Assembly (NCBI GenBank): GCA_964035545.1
Contig: CAXIUT010000103.1
Coordinates: forward strand, 620,001 to 684,000
Direction: 5' to 3'
Origin: Bugula neritina
Lineage: Eukaryota > Animalia > Bryozoa
Length of the DNA: 64,000 bases
A program made the translations under genes and the position numbers. Shown here piece after piece: positions 50,601 through 64,000 of the stretch. Numbering within the stretch: the stretch's first letter is position 1; each line of letters opens with the position of its first letter. A model generated the notes under the pieces. That model ran no database searches. It worked only from the letters and a program-made list of their open reading frames with translations, and was not told where the DNA came from.

Positions 50601-53600
50601 CAAAACTTGATGCCTGCTTCAAAGACACCAGTGCTTAATTACTGTGTTAACTGTATTGGCACGTTGCCATGAGATATTTGGTAATATTTCGCATCACAAC
50701 AAACTCTTCAGAAAGTTAAGAAAATCAGTCTAGAATGTTAATGAAATAAACCTACCAGAAAGAGTAAGCCAGATGTAACAAGTAGATCCAAAACAAGTTG
50801 ATTAACAATTGAAGTTGAAATCTCCATGTAGTCAACACTTTAGTCCTAATGTCAAATGCAAACGTCTGCAATCAAACTGTGTAGACTTCATGAGCTGGTT
50901 AGCTGAAAGGACTCATTAAAGTTCTTAACTCTTGTGTGTATAGTGATGCCCATCTTGAACTAGAGAGGGCTGACTGAAGACTGCTACTTTGTGAAAATTG
51001 ACAATGCATATTATTATTATTCATTGTTGAGATTCACGACTGCCATAAACAATGATAAAATATTCATTGTTGGTAGTACTGAGTAGAATAAAATATAATA
51101 TAATATTATTTTCTGGACAAATAAATAATATCAAATGCATATTATAACTTACCATAAATCTACTGTGCTTCACATCTTCACCTTTTTCTGCAATGTTATT
51201 TCTTTGCAGTTAGAAGTACTAGTTGAAAATATGACTATGAAACATAACCCTTCAATTTCATTGCACCAGCACCAGTTGCAAGATAGGTGTGTTGGGCGTT
51301 ATCTTTCCCAAAATTTTGTTCTTTGTGTTTATACGAAGCAGACACAGGCTAATATTAGTTTTGTTATTTGCAAGAGTTTTTCTGTCTGATTGTCCATCAG
51401 CAAAAGTTTGGCCTTGCAGTTATTATGGAAATACCAGTGATGCTGGAAGACCTTTGCATTGTACACCCGCTTTTACTATTGAATTTAGATGTTTTATTTT
51501 CCCATCCCCTCTCCTGCCCCCCCTGTCCCCTCTAACAACCAGCAATCCTGACTCATGTGAATTGTGTTATTGTTCTAGAGTTGGCCCATGGGCCTACAGT
51601 ATACGATTTGAAGCTTTATAGTTTACAGGCAGTGGAGATGAGTCACTGCTAAAACCCGTTTTGTTAGTAGACTATATTGCTCTTCAATCATCAGTTTTCA
51701 TATTAAAAGAGAAAGCTCATCTGCAGCGCCATTTCACAGTGTTTTATTTTGCTAGAGCAATAACTAATTTTAGATGCCTTTGCAAACATATGAGAAATAA
51801 ATGAGTGATTCTATGAAAAGAGGTGTTTGCAGCAATTGTCCACTTTTGATTTACAAGCGGCATGGAAACTTTTGTAGTTTTAAATAATATCTCCAAACTC
51901 ATCACTTGCATGTGTTTATAGACTTGATAAATTTTTTTATGCAAAACTTGATGCCTGCTTCAAAGACACCAGTGCTTAATTACTGTGTTAACTGTATTGG
52001 CACGTTGCCATGAGATATTTGGTAATATTTCGCATCACAACAAACTCTTCAGAAAGTTAAGAAAATCAGTCTAGAATGTTAATGAAATAAACCTACCAGA
52101 AAGAGTAAGCCAGATGTAACAAGTAGATCCAAAACAAGTTGATTAACAATTGAAGTTGAAATCTCCATGTAGTCAACACTTTAGTCCTAATGTCAAATGC
52201 AAACGTCTGCAATCAAACTGTGTAGACTTCATGAGCTGGTTAGCTGAAAGGACTCATTAAAGTTCTTAACTCTTGTGTGTATAGTGATGCCCATCTTGAA
52301 CTAGAGAGGGCTGACTGAAGACTGCTACTTTGTGAAAATTGACAATGCATATTATTATTATTCATTGTTGAGATTCACGACTGCCATAAACAATGATAAA
52401 ATATTCATTGTTGGTAGTACTGAGTAGAATAAAATATAATATAATATTATTTTCTGGACAAATAAATAATATCAAATGCATATTATAACTTACCATAAAT
52501 CTACTGTGCTTCACATCTTCACCTTTTTCTGCAATGTTATTTCTTTGCAGTTAGAAGTACTAGTTGAAAATGTGACTATGAAACATAACCCTTCAATTTC
52601 ATTGCACCAGCACCAGTTGCAAGATAGGTGTGTTGGGAGTTATCTTTCCCAAAATTTTGTTCTTGGTGTTTATACGAAGCAGACACAGGCTAATATTAGT
52701 TTTGTTATTTGTAAGAGTTTTTCTGTCTGATTGTCCATCAGCAAAAGTTTGGCCTTGCAGTTATTATGGAAATACCAGTGATGCTGGAAGACCTTTGCAT
52801 TGTACACCCGCTTTTACTATTGAATTTAGATGTTTTATTTTCCCATCCCCTCTCCTGCCCCCCCTGTCCCCTCTAACAACCAGCAATCCTGACTCATGTG
52901 AATTGTGTTATTGTTCTAGAGTTGGCCCATGGGCCTACAGTATACGATTTGAAGCTTTATAGTTTACAGGCAGTGGAGATGAGTCACTGCTAAAACCCAT
53001 TTTGTTAGTAGACTATATTGCTCTTCAATCATCAGTTTTCATATTAAAAGAGAAAGCTCATCTGCAGCGCCATTTCACAGTGTTTTATTTTGCTAGAGCA
53101 ATAACTAATTTTAGATGCCTTTGCAAACATATGAGAAATAAATGAGTGATTCTATGAAAAGAGGTGTTTGCAGCAATTGTCCACTTTTGATTTACAAGCG
53201 GCATGGAAACTTTTGTAGTTTTAAATAATATCTCCAAACTCATCACTTGCATGTGTTTATAGACTTGATAAATTTTTTTATGCAAAACTTGATGCCTGCT
53301 TCAAAGACACCAGTGCTTAATTACTGTGTTAACTGTATTGGCACGTTGCCATGAGATATTTGGTAATATTTCGCATCACAACAAACTCTTCAGAAAGTTA
53401 AGAAAATCAGTCTAGAATGTTAATGAAATAAACCTACCAGAAAGAGTAAGCCAGATGTAACAAGTAGATCCAAAACAAGTTGATTAACAATTGAAGTTGA
53501 AATCTCCATGTAGTCAACACTTTAGTCCTAATGTCAAATGCAAACGTCTGCAATCAAACTGTGTAGACTTCATGAGCTGGTTAGCTGAAAGGACTCATTA

Positions 53601-56600
53601 AAGTTCTTAACTCTTGTGTGTATAGTGATGCCCATCTTGAACTAGAGAGGGCTGACTGAAGACTGCTACTTTGTGAAAATTGACAATGCATATTATTATT
53701 ATTCATTGTTGAGATTCACGACTGCCATAAACAATGATAAAATATTCATTGTTGGTAGTACTGAGTAGAATAAAATATAATATAATATTATTTTCTGGAC
53801 AAATAAATAATATCAAATGCATATTATAACTTACCATAAATCTACAGTGCTTCACATCTTCACTTTTTTCTGCAATGTTATTTCTTTGCAGTTAGAAGTA
53901 CTAGTTGAAAATATGACTATGAAACATAACCCTTCAATTTCATTGCACCAGCACCAGTTGCAAGATAGGTGTGTTGGGAGTTATCTTTTCCAAAATTTTG
54001 TTCTTTGTGTTTATACGAAGCAGACACAGGCTAATATTAGTTTTGTTATTTGTAAGAGTTTTTCTGTCTGATTGTCCATCAGCAAAAGTTTGGCCTTGCA
54101 GTTATTATGGAAATACCAGTGATGCTGGAAGACCTTTGCATTGTACACCCGCTTTTACTATTGAATTTAGATGTTTTATTTTCCCATCCCCTCTCCTGCC
54201 CCCCCTGTCCCCTCTAACAACCAGCAATCCTGACTCATGTGAATTGTGTTATTGTTCTAGAGTTGGCCCATGGGCCTACAGTATACGATTTGAAGCTTTA
54301 TAGTTTACAGGCAGTGGAGATGAGTCGCTGCTAAAACCCATTTTGTTAGTAGACTATATTGCTCTTCAATCATCAGTTTTCATATTAAAAGAGAAAGCTC
54401 ATCTGCAGCGCCATTTCACAGTGTTTTATTTTGCTAGAGCAATAACTAATTTTAGATGCCTTTGCAAACATATGAGAAATAAATGAGTGATTCTATGAAA
54501 AGAGGTGTTTGCAGCAATTGTCCACTTTTGATTTACAAGCGGCATGGAAACTTTTGTAGTTTTAAATAATATCTCCAAACTCATCACTTGCATGTGTTTA
54601 TAGACTTGATAAATTTTTTTATGCAAAACTTGATGCCTGCTTCAAAGACACCAGTGCTTAATTACTGTGTTAACTGTATTGGCACTTTGCCATGAGATTT
54701 TTGGTAATATTTCGCATCACAACAAACTCTTCAGAAAGTTAAGAAAATCAGTCTAGAATGTTAATGAAATAAACCTACCAGAAAGAGTAAGCCAGATGTA
54801 ACAAGTAGATCCAAAACAAGTTGATTAACAATTGAAGTTGAAATCTCCATGTAGTCAACACTTTAGTCCTAATGTCAAATGCAAACGTCTGCAATCAAAC
54901 TGTGTAGACTTCATGAGCTGGTTAGCTGAAAGGACTCATTAAAGTTCTTAACTCTTGTGTGTATAGTGATGCCCATCTTGAACTAGAGAGGGCTGACTGA
55001 AGACTGCTACTTTGTGAAAATTGACAATGCATATTATTATTATTCATTGTTGAGATTCACGACTGCCATAAACAATGATAAAATATTCATTGTTGGTAGT
55101 ACTGAGTAGAATAAAATATAATATAATATTATTTTCTGGACAAATAAATAATATCAAATGCATATTATAACTTACCATAAATCTACTGTGCTTCACATCT
55201 TCACCTTTTTCTGCAATGTTATTTCTTTGCAGTTAGAAGTACTAGTTGAAAATATGACTATGAAACATAACCCTTCAATTTCATTGCACCAGCACCAGTT
55301 GCAAGATATGTGTGTTGGGAGTTATCTTTCCCAAAATTTTGTTCTTGGTGTTTATACGAAGCAGACACAGGCTAATATTAGTTTTGTTATTTGTAAGAGT
55401 TTTTCTGTCTGATTGTCCATCAGCAAAAGTTTGGCCTTGCAGTTATTATGGAAATACCAGTGATGCTGGAAGACCTTTGCATTGTACACCCGCTTTTACT
55501 ATTGAATTTAGATGTTTTATTTTCCCATCCCCTCTCCTGCCCCCCCTGTCCCCTCTAACAACCAGCAATCCTGACTCATGTGAATTGTGTTATTGTTCTA
55601 GAGTTGGCCCATGGGCCTACAGTATACGATTTGAAGCTTTATAGTTTACAGGCAGTGGAGATGAGTCACTGCTAAAACCCATTTTGTTAGTAGACTATAT
55701 TGCTCTTCAATCATCAGTTTTCATATTAAAAGAGAAAGCTCATCTGCAGCGCCATTTCACAGTGTTTTATTTTGCTAGAGCAATAACTAATTTTAGATGC
55801 CTTTGCAAACATATGAGAAATAAATGAGTGATTCTATGAAAAGAGGTGTTTGCAGCAATTGTCCACTTTTGATTTACAAGCGGCATGGAAACTTTTGTAG
55901 TTTTAAATAATATCTCCAAACTCATCACTTGCATGTGTTTATAGACTTGATAAATTTTTTTATGCAAAACTTGATGCCTGCTTCAAAGACACCAGTGCTT
56001 AATTACTGTGTTAACTGTATTGGCACGTTGCCATGAGATATTTGGTAATATTTCGCATCACAACAAACTCTTCAGAAAGTTAAGAAAATCAGTCTAGAAA
56101 GTTAATGAAATAAACCTACCAGAAAGAGTAAGCCAGATGTAACAAGTAGATCCAAAACAAGTTGATTAACAATTGAAGTTGAAATCTCCATGTAGTCAAC
56201 ACTTTAGTCCTAATGTCAAATGCAAACGTCTGCAATCAAACTGTGTAGACTTCATGAGCTGGTTAGCTGAAAGGACTCATTAAAGTTCTTAACTCTTGTG
56301 TGTATAGTGATGCCCATCTTGAACTAGAGAGGGCTGACTGAAGACTGCTACTTTGTGAAAATTGACAATGCATATTATTATTATTCATTGTTGAGATTCA
56401 CGACTGCCATAAACAATGATAAAATATTCATTGTTGGTACTACTGAGTAGAATAAAATATAATATAATATTATTTTCTGGACAAATAAATAATATCAAAT
56501 GCATATTATAACTTACCATAAATCTACAGTGCTTCACATCTTCACTTTTTTCTGCAATGTTATTTCTTTGCAGTTAGAAGTACTAGTTGAAAATATGACT

Positions 56601-59600
56601 ATGAAACATAACCCTTCAATTTCATTGCACCAGCACCAGTTGCAAGATAGGTGTGTTGGGAGTTATCTTTTCCAAAATTTTGTTCTTTGTGTTTATACGA
56701 AACAGACACAGGCTAATATTAGTTTTGTTATTTGTAAGAGTTTTTCTGTCTGATTGTCCATCAGCAAAAGTTTGGCCTTGCAGTTATTATGGAAATACCA
56801 GTGATGCTGGAAGACCTTTGCATTGTACACCCGCTTTTACTATTGAATTTAGATGTTTTATTTTCCCATCCCCTCTCCTGCCCCCCCTGTCCCCTCTAAC
56901 AACCAGCAATCCTGACTCATGTGAATTGTGTTATTGTTCTAGAGTTGGCCCATGGGCCTACAGTATACGATTTGAAGCTTTATAGTTTACAGGCAGTGGA
57001 GATGAGTCGCTGCTAAAACCCATTTTGTTAGTAGACTATATTGCTCTTCAATCATCAGTTTTCATATTAAAAGAGAAAGCTCATCTGCAGCGCCATTTCA
57101 CAGTGTTTTATTTTGCTAGAGCAATAACTAATTTTAGATGCCTTTGCAAACATATGAGAAATAAATGAGTGATTCTATGAAAAGAGGTGTTTGCAGCAAT
57201 TGTCCACTTTTGATTTACAAGCGGCATGGAAACTTTTGTAGTTTTAAATAATATCTCCAAACTCATCACTTGCATGTGTTTATAGACTTGATAAATTTTT
57301 TTATGCAAAACTTGATGCCTGCTTCAAAGACACCAGTGCTTAATTACTGTGTTAACTGTATTGGCACGTTGCCATGAGATATTTGGTAATATTTCGCATC
57401 ACAACAAACTCTTCAGAAAGTTAAGAAAATCAGTCTAGAATGTTAATGAAATAAACCTACCAGAAAGAGTAAGCCAGATATAACAAGTAGATCCAAAACA
57501 AGTTGATTAACAATTGAAGTTGAAATCTCCATGTAGTCAACACTTTAGTCCTAATGTCAAATGCAAACGTCTGCAATCAAACTGTGTAGACTTCATGAGC
57601 TGGTTAGCTGAAAGGACTCATTAAAGTTCTTAACTCTTGTGTGTATAGTGATGCCCATCTTGAACTAGAGAGGGCTGACTGAAGACTGCTACTTTGTCAA
57701 AATTGACAATGCATATTATTATTATTCATTGTTGAGATTCACGACTGCCATAAACAATGATAAAATATTCATTGTTGGTAGTACTGATTAGAATAAAATA
57801 TAATATAATATTATTTTCTGGACAAATAAATAATATCAAATGCATATTATAACTTACCATAAATCTACTGTGCTTCACATCTTCACCTTTTTTTGCAATG
57901 TTATTTCTTTGCAGTTAGAAGTACTAGTTGAAAATATGACTATGAAACATAACCCTTCAATTTCATTGCACCAGCACCAGTTGCAAGATAGGTGTGTTGG
58001 GAGTTATCTTTCCCAAAATTTTGTTCTTGGTGTTTATACGAAGCAGACACAGGCTAATATTAGTTTTGTTATTTGTAAGAGTTTTTCTGTCTGATTGTCC
58101 ATCAGCAAAAGTTTGGCCTTGCAGTTATTATGGAAATACCAGTGATGCTGGAAGACCTTTGCATTGTACACCCGCTTTTACTATTGAATTTAGATGTTTT
58201 ATTTTCCCATCCCCTCTCCTGCCCCCCCTGTCCCCTCTAACAACCAGCAATCCTGACTCATGTGAATTGTGTTATTGTTCTAGAGTTGGCCCATGGGCCT
58301 ACAGTATACGATTTGAAGCTTTATAGTTTACAGGCAGTGGAGATGAGTCACTGCTAAAACCCATTTTGTTAGTAGACTATATTGCTCTTCAATCATCAGT
58401 TTTCATATTAAAAGAGAAAGCTCATCTGCAGCGCCATTTCACAGTGTTTTATTTTGCTAGAGCAATAACTAATTTTAGATGCCTTTGCAAACATATGAGA
58501 AATAAATGAGTGATTCTATGAAAAGAGGTGTTTGCAGCAATTGTCCACTTTTGATTTACAAGCGGCATGGAAACTTTTGTAGTTTTAAATAATATCTCCA
58601 AACTCATCACTTGCATGTGTTTATAGACTTGATAAATTTTTTTATGCAAAACTTGATGCCTGCTTCAAAGACACCAGTGCTTAATTACTGTGTTAACTGT
58701 ATTGGCACGTTGCCATGAGATATTTGGTAATATTTCGCATCACAACAAACTCTTCAGAAAGTTAAGAAAATCAGTCTAGAATGTTAATGAAATAAACCTA
58801 CCAGAAAGAGTAAGCCAGATGCAACAAGTAGATCCAAAACAAGTTGATTAACAATTGAAGTTGAAATCTCCATGTAGTCAACACTTTAGTCCTAATGTCA
58901 AATGCAAACGTCTGCAATCAAACTGTGTAGACTTCATGAGCTGGTTAGCTGAAAGGACTCATTAAAGTTCTTAACTCTTGTGTGTATAGTGATGCCCATC
59001 TTGAACTAGAGAGGGCTGACTGAAGACTGCTACTTTGTGAAAATTGACAATGCATATTATTATTATTCATTGTTGAGATTCACGACTGCCATAAACAATG
59101 ATAAAATATTCATTGTTGGTAGTACTGAGTAGAATAAAATATAATATAATATTATTTTCTGGACAAATAAATAATATCAAATGCATATTATAACTTACCA
59201 TAAATCTACAGTGCTTCACATCTTCACTTTTTTCTGGAATGTTATTTCTTTGCAGTTAGAAGTACTAGTTGAAAATATGACTATGAAACATAACCCTTCA
59301 ATTTCATTGCACCAGCACCAGTTGCAAGATAGGTGTGTTGGGAGTTATCTTTTCCAAAATTTTGTTCTTTGTGTTTATACGAAGCAGACACAGGCTAATA
59401 TTAGTTTTGTTATTTGTAAGAGTTTTTCTGTCTGATTGTCCATCAGCAAAAGTTTGGCCTTGCAGTTATTATGGAAATACCAGTGATGCTGGAAGACCTT
59501 TGCATTGTACACCCGCTTTTACTATTGAATTTAGATGTTTTATTTTCCCATCCCCTCTCCTGCCCCCCCTGTCCCCTCTAACAACCAGCAATCCTGACTC

Positions 59601-62600
59601 ATGTGAATTGTGTTATTGTTCTAGAGTTGGCCCATGGGCCTACAGTATACGATTTGAAGCTTTATAGTTTACAGGCAGTGGAGATGAGTCGCTGCTAAAA
59701 CCCATTTTGTTAGTAGACTATATTGCTCTTCAATCATCAGTTTTCATATTAAAAGAGAAAGCTCATCTGCAGCGCCATTTCACAGTGTTTTATTTTGCTA
59801 GAGCAATAACTAATTTTAGATGCCTTTGCAAACATATGAGAAATAAATGAGTGATTCTATGAAAAGAGGTGTTTGCAGCAATTGTCCACTTTTGATTTAC
59901 AAGCGGCATGGAAACTTTTGTAGTTTTAAATAATATCTCCAAACTCATCACTTGCATGTGTTTATAGACTTGATAAATTTTTTTATGCAAAACTTGATGC
60001 CTGCTTCAAAGACACCAGTGCTTAATTACTGTGTTAACTGTATTGGCACTTTGCCATGAGATTTTTGGTAATATTTCGCATCACAACAAACTCTTCAGAA
60101 AGTTAAGAAAATCAGTCTAGAATGTTAATGAAATAAACCTACCAGAAAGAGTAAGCCAGATGTAACAAGTAGATCCAAAACAAGTTGATTAACAATTGAA
60201 GTTGAAATCTCCATGTAGTCAACACTTTAGTCCTAATGTCAAATGCAAACGTCTGCAATCAAACTGTGTAGACTTCATGAGCTGGTTAGCTGAAAGGACT
60301 CATTAAAGTTCTTAACTCTTGTGTGTATAGTGATGCCCATCTTGAACTAGAGAGGGCTGACTGAAGACTGCTACTTTGTGAAAATTGACAATGCATATTA
60401 TTATTATTCATTGTTGAGATTCACGACTGCCATAAACAATGATAAAATATTCATTGTTGGTAGTACTGAGTAGAATAAAATATAATATAATATTATTTTC
60501 TGGACAAATAAATAATATCAAATGCATATTATAACTTACCATAAATCTACTGTGCTTCACATCTTCACCTTTTTCTGCAATGTTATTTCTTTGTAGTTAG
60601 AAGTACTAGTTGAAAATATGACTATGAAACATAACCCTTCAATTTCATTGCACCAGCACCAGTTGCAAGATATGTGTGTTGGGAGTTATCTTTCCCAAAA
60701 TTTTGTTCTTGGTGTTTATACGAAACAGACACAGGCTAATATTAGTTTTGTTATTTGTAAGAGTTTTTCTGTCTGATTGTCCATCAGCAAAAGTTTGGCC
60801 TTGCAGTTATTATGGAAATACCAGTGATGCTGGAAGACCTTTGCATTGTACACCCGCTTTTACTATTGAATTTAGATGTTTTATTTTCCCATCCCCTCTC
60901 CTGCCCCCCCTGTCCCCTCTAACAACCAGCAATCCTGACTCATGTGAATTGTGTTATTGTTCTAGAGTTGGCCCATGGGCCTACAGTATACGATTTGAAG
61001 CTTTATAGTTTACAGGCAGTGGAGATGAGTCGCTGCTAAAACCCATTTTGTTAGTAGACTATATTGCTCTTCAATCATCAGTTTTCATATTAAAAGAGAA
61101 AGCTCATCTGCAGCGCCATTTCACAGTGTTTTATTTTGCTAGAGCAATAACTAATTTTAGATGCCTTTGCAAACATATGAGAAATAAATGAGTGATTCTA
61201 TGAAAAGAGGTGTTTGCAGCAATTGTCCACTTTTGATTTACAAGCGGCATGGAAACTTTTGTAGTTTTAAATAATATCTCCAAACTCATCACTTGCATGT
61301 GTTTATAGACTTGATAAATTTTTTTATGCAAAACTTGATGCCTGCTTCAAAGACACCAGTGCTTAATTACTGTGTTAACTGTATTGGCACGTTGCCATGA
61401 GATATTTGGTAATATTTCGCATCACAACAAACTCTTCAGAAAGTTAAGAAAATCAGTCTAGAATGTTAATGAAATAAACCTACCAGAAAGAGTAAGCCAG
61501 ATGTAACAAGTAGATCCAAAACAAGTTGATTAACAATTGAAGTTGAAATCTCCATGTAGTCAACACTTTAGTCCTAATGTCAAATGCAAACGTCTGCAAT
61601 CAAACTGTGTAGACTTCATGAGCTGGTTAGCTGAAAGGACTCATTAAAGTTCTTAACTCTTGTGTGTATAGTGATGCCCATCTTGAACTAGAGAGGGCTG
61701 ACTGAAGACTGCTACTTTGTCAAAATTGACAATGCATATTATTATTATTCATTGTTGAGATTCACGACTGCCATAAACAATGATAAAATATTCATTGTTG
61801 GTAGTACTGATTAGAATAAAATATAATATAATATTATTTTCTGGACAAATAAATAATATCAAATGCATATTATAACTTACCATAAATCTACTGTGCTTCA
61901 CATCTTCACCTTTTTTTGCAATGTTATTTCTTTGCAGTTAGAAGTACTAGTTGAAAATATGACTATGAAACATAACCCTTCAATTTCATTGCACCAGCAC
62001 CAGTTGCAAGATAGGTGTGTTGGGAGTTATCTTTCCCAAAATTTTGTTCTTGGTGTTTATACGAAGCAGACACAGGCTAATATTAGTTTTGTTATTTGTA
62101 AGAGTTTTTCTGTCTGATTGTCCATCAGCAAAAGTTTGGCCTTGCAGTTATTAAGGAAATACCAGTGATGCTGGAAGACCTTTGCATTGTACACCCGCTT
62201 TTACTATTGAATTTAGATGTTTTATTTTCCCATCCCCTCTCCTGCCCCCCCTGTCCCCTCTAACAACCAGCAATCCTGACTCATGTGAATTGTGTTATTG
62301 TTCTAGAGTTGGCCCATGGGCCTACAGTATACGATTTGAAGCTTTATAGTTTACAGGCAGTGGAGATGAGTCGCTGCTAAAACCCATTTTGTTAGTAGAC
62401 TACATTGCTCTTCAATCATCAGTTTTCATATTAAAAGAGAAAGCTCATCTGCAGCGCCATTTCACAGTGTTTTATTTTGCTAGAGCAATAACTAATTTTA
62501 GATGCCTTTGCAAACATATGAGAAATAAATGAGTGATTATATGAAAAGAGGTGTTTGCAGCAATTGTCCACTTTTGATTTACAAGCGGCATGGAAACTTT

Positions 62601-64000
62601 TGTAGTTTTAAATAATATCTCCAAACTCATCACTTGCATGTGTTTATAGACTTGATAAATTTTTTTATGCAAAACTTGATGCCTGCTTCAAAGACACCAG
62701 TGCTTAATTACTGTGTTAACTGTATTGGCACGTTGCCATGAGATATTTGGTAATATTTCGCATCACAACAAACTCTTCAGAAAGTTAAGAAAATCAGTCT
62801 AGAAAGTTAATGAAAATAACCTACCAGAAAGAGTAAGCCAGATGTAACAAGTAGATCCAAAACAAGTTGATTAACAATTGAAGTTGAAATCTCCATGTAG
62901 TCAACACTTTAGTCCTAATGTCAAATGCAAACGTCTGCAATCAAACTGTGTAGACTTCATGAGCTGGTTAGCTGAAAGGACTCATTAAAGTTCTTAACTC
63001 TTGTGTGTATAGTGATGCCCATCTTGAACTAGAGAGGGCTGACTGAAGACTGCTACTTTGTGAAAATTGACAATGCATATTATTATTATTCATTGTTGAG
63101 ATTCACGACTGCCATAAACAATGATAAAATATTCATTGTTGGTACTACTGAGTAGAATAAAATATAATATAATATTATTTTCTGGACAAATAAATAATAT
63201 CAAATGCATATTATAACTTACCATAAATCTACAGTGCTTCACATCTTCACTTTTTTCTGCAATGTTATTTCTTTGCAGTTAGAAGTACTAGTTGAAAATA
63301 TGACTATGAAACATAACCCTTCAATTTCATTGCACCAGCACCAGTTGCAAGATAGGTGTGTTGGGAGTTATCTTTTCCAAAATTTTGTTCTTTGTGTTTA
63401 TACGAAACAGACACAGGCTAATATTAGTTTTGTTATTTGCAAGAGTTTTTCTGTCTGATTGTCCATCAGCAAAAGTTTGGCCTTGCAGTTATTATGGAAA
63501 TACCAGTGATGCTGGAAGACCTTTGCATTGTACACCCGCTTTTACTATTGAATTTAGATGTTTTATTTTCCCATCCCCTCTCCTGCCCCCCCTGTCCCCT
63601 CTAACAACCAGCAATCCTGACTCATGTGAATTGTGTTATTGTTCTAGAGTTGGCCCATGGGCCTACAGTATACGATTTGAAGCTTTATAGTTTACAGGCA
63701 GTGGAGATGAGTCGCTGCTAAAACCCATTTTGTTAGTAGACTATATTGCTCTTCAATCATCAGTTTTCATATTAAAAGAGAAAGCTCATCTGCAGCGCCA
63801 TTTCACAGTGTTTTATTTTGCTAGAGCAATAACTAATTTTAGATGCCTTTGCAAACATATGAGAAATAAATGAGTGATTCTATGAAAAGAGGTGTTTGCA
63901 GCAATTGTCCACTTTTGATTTACAAGCGGCATGGAAACTTTTGTAGTTTTAAATAATATCTCCAAACTCATCACTTGCATGTGTTTATAGACTTGATAAA
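32649..64000. repeat. Macrosatellite tandem array, right arm (~23.4 copies of the same 1341-1343-bp unit)
   Basis: Same unit and orientation. It resumes exactly in register after the insertion: 33698-15323 = 1341+17026+8. Confidence 0.99.

Noticed and set aside
1-64000. CRISPR array
   Set aside because: The repeats are 1.34 kb with no unique spacers, no cas genes are present, and the context is eukaryotic.

Overview
Eukaryotic, AT-rich DNA, probably from an invertebrate animal; no intact gene is supportable. About 47 kb is a head-to-tail macrosatellite of about 35 near-identical 1340-1343 bp units (1-15622 and 32649-64000), running off both window edges. One unit is split by a single 17,026 bp insertion (15623-32648). 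The insertion has an exact 8-bp target-site duplication (GGAAATAC) and short imperfect terminal inverted repeats (CAGTGCATC...GATATACTG). Inside it are degenerate spliced exons with motifs of a KDZ (Kyakuja-Dileera-Zisupton) transposase, so it is most likely a giant non-autonomous Zisupton-like DNA transposon. It also contains three RTE-clade LINE fragments, two MITEs, a tRNA-derived SINE-like element, microsatellites and unexplained exon-like segments. The satellite shows variant domains, repeated 4-unit duplications and one G-quadruplex motif per unit. Family assignments come from manual translation and recalled motifs, not from database searches.
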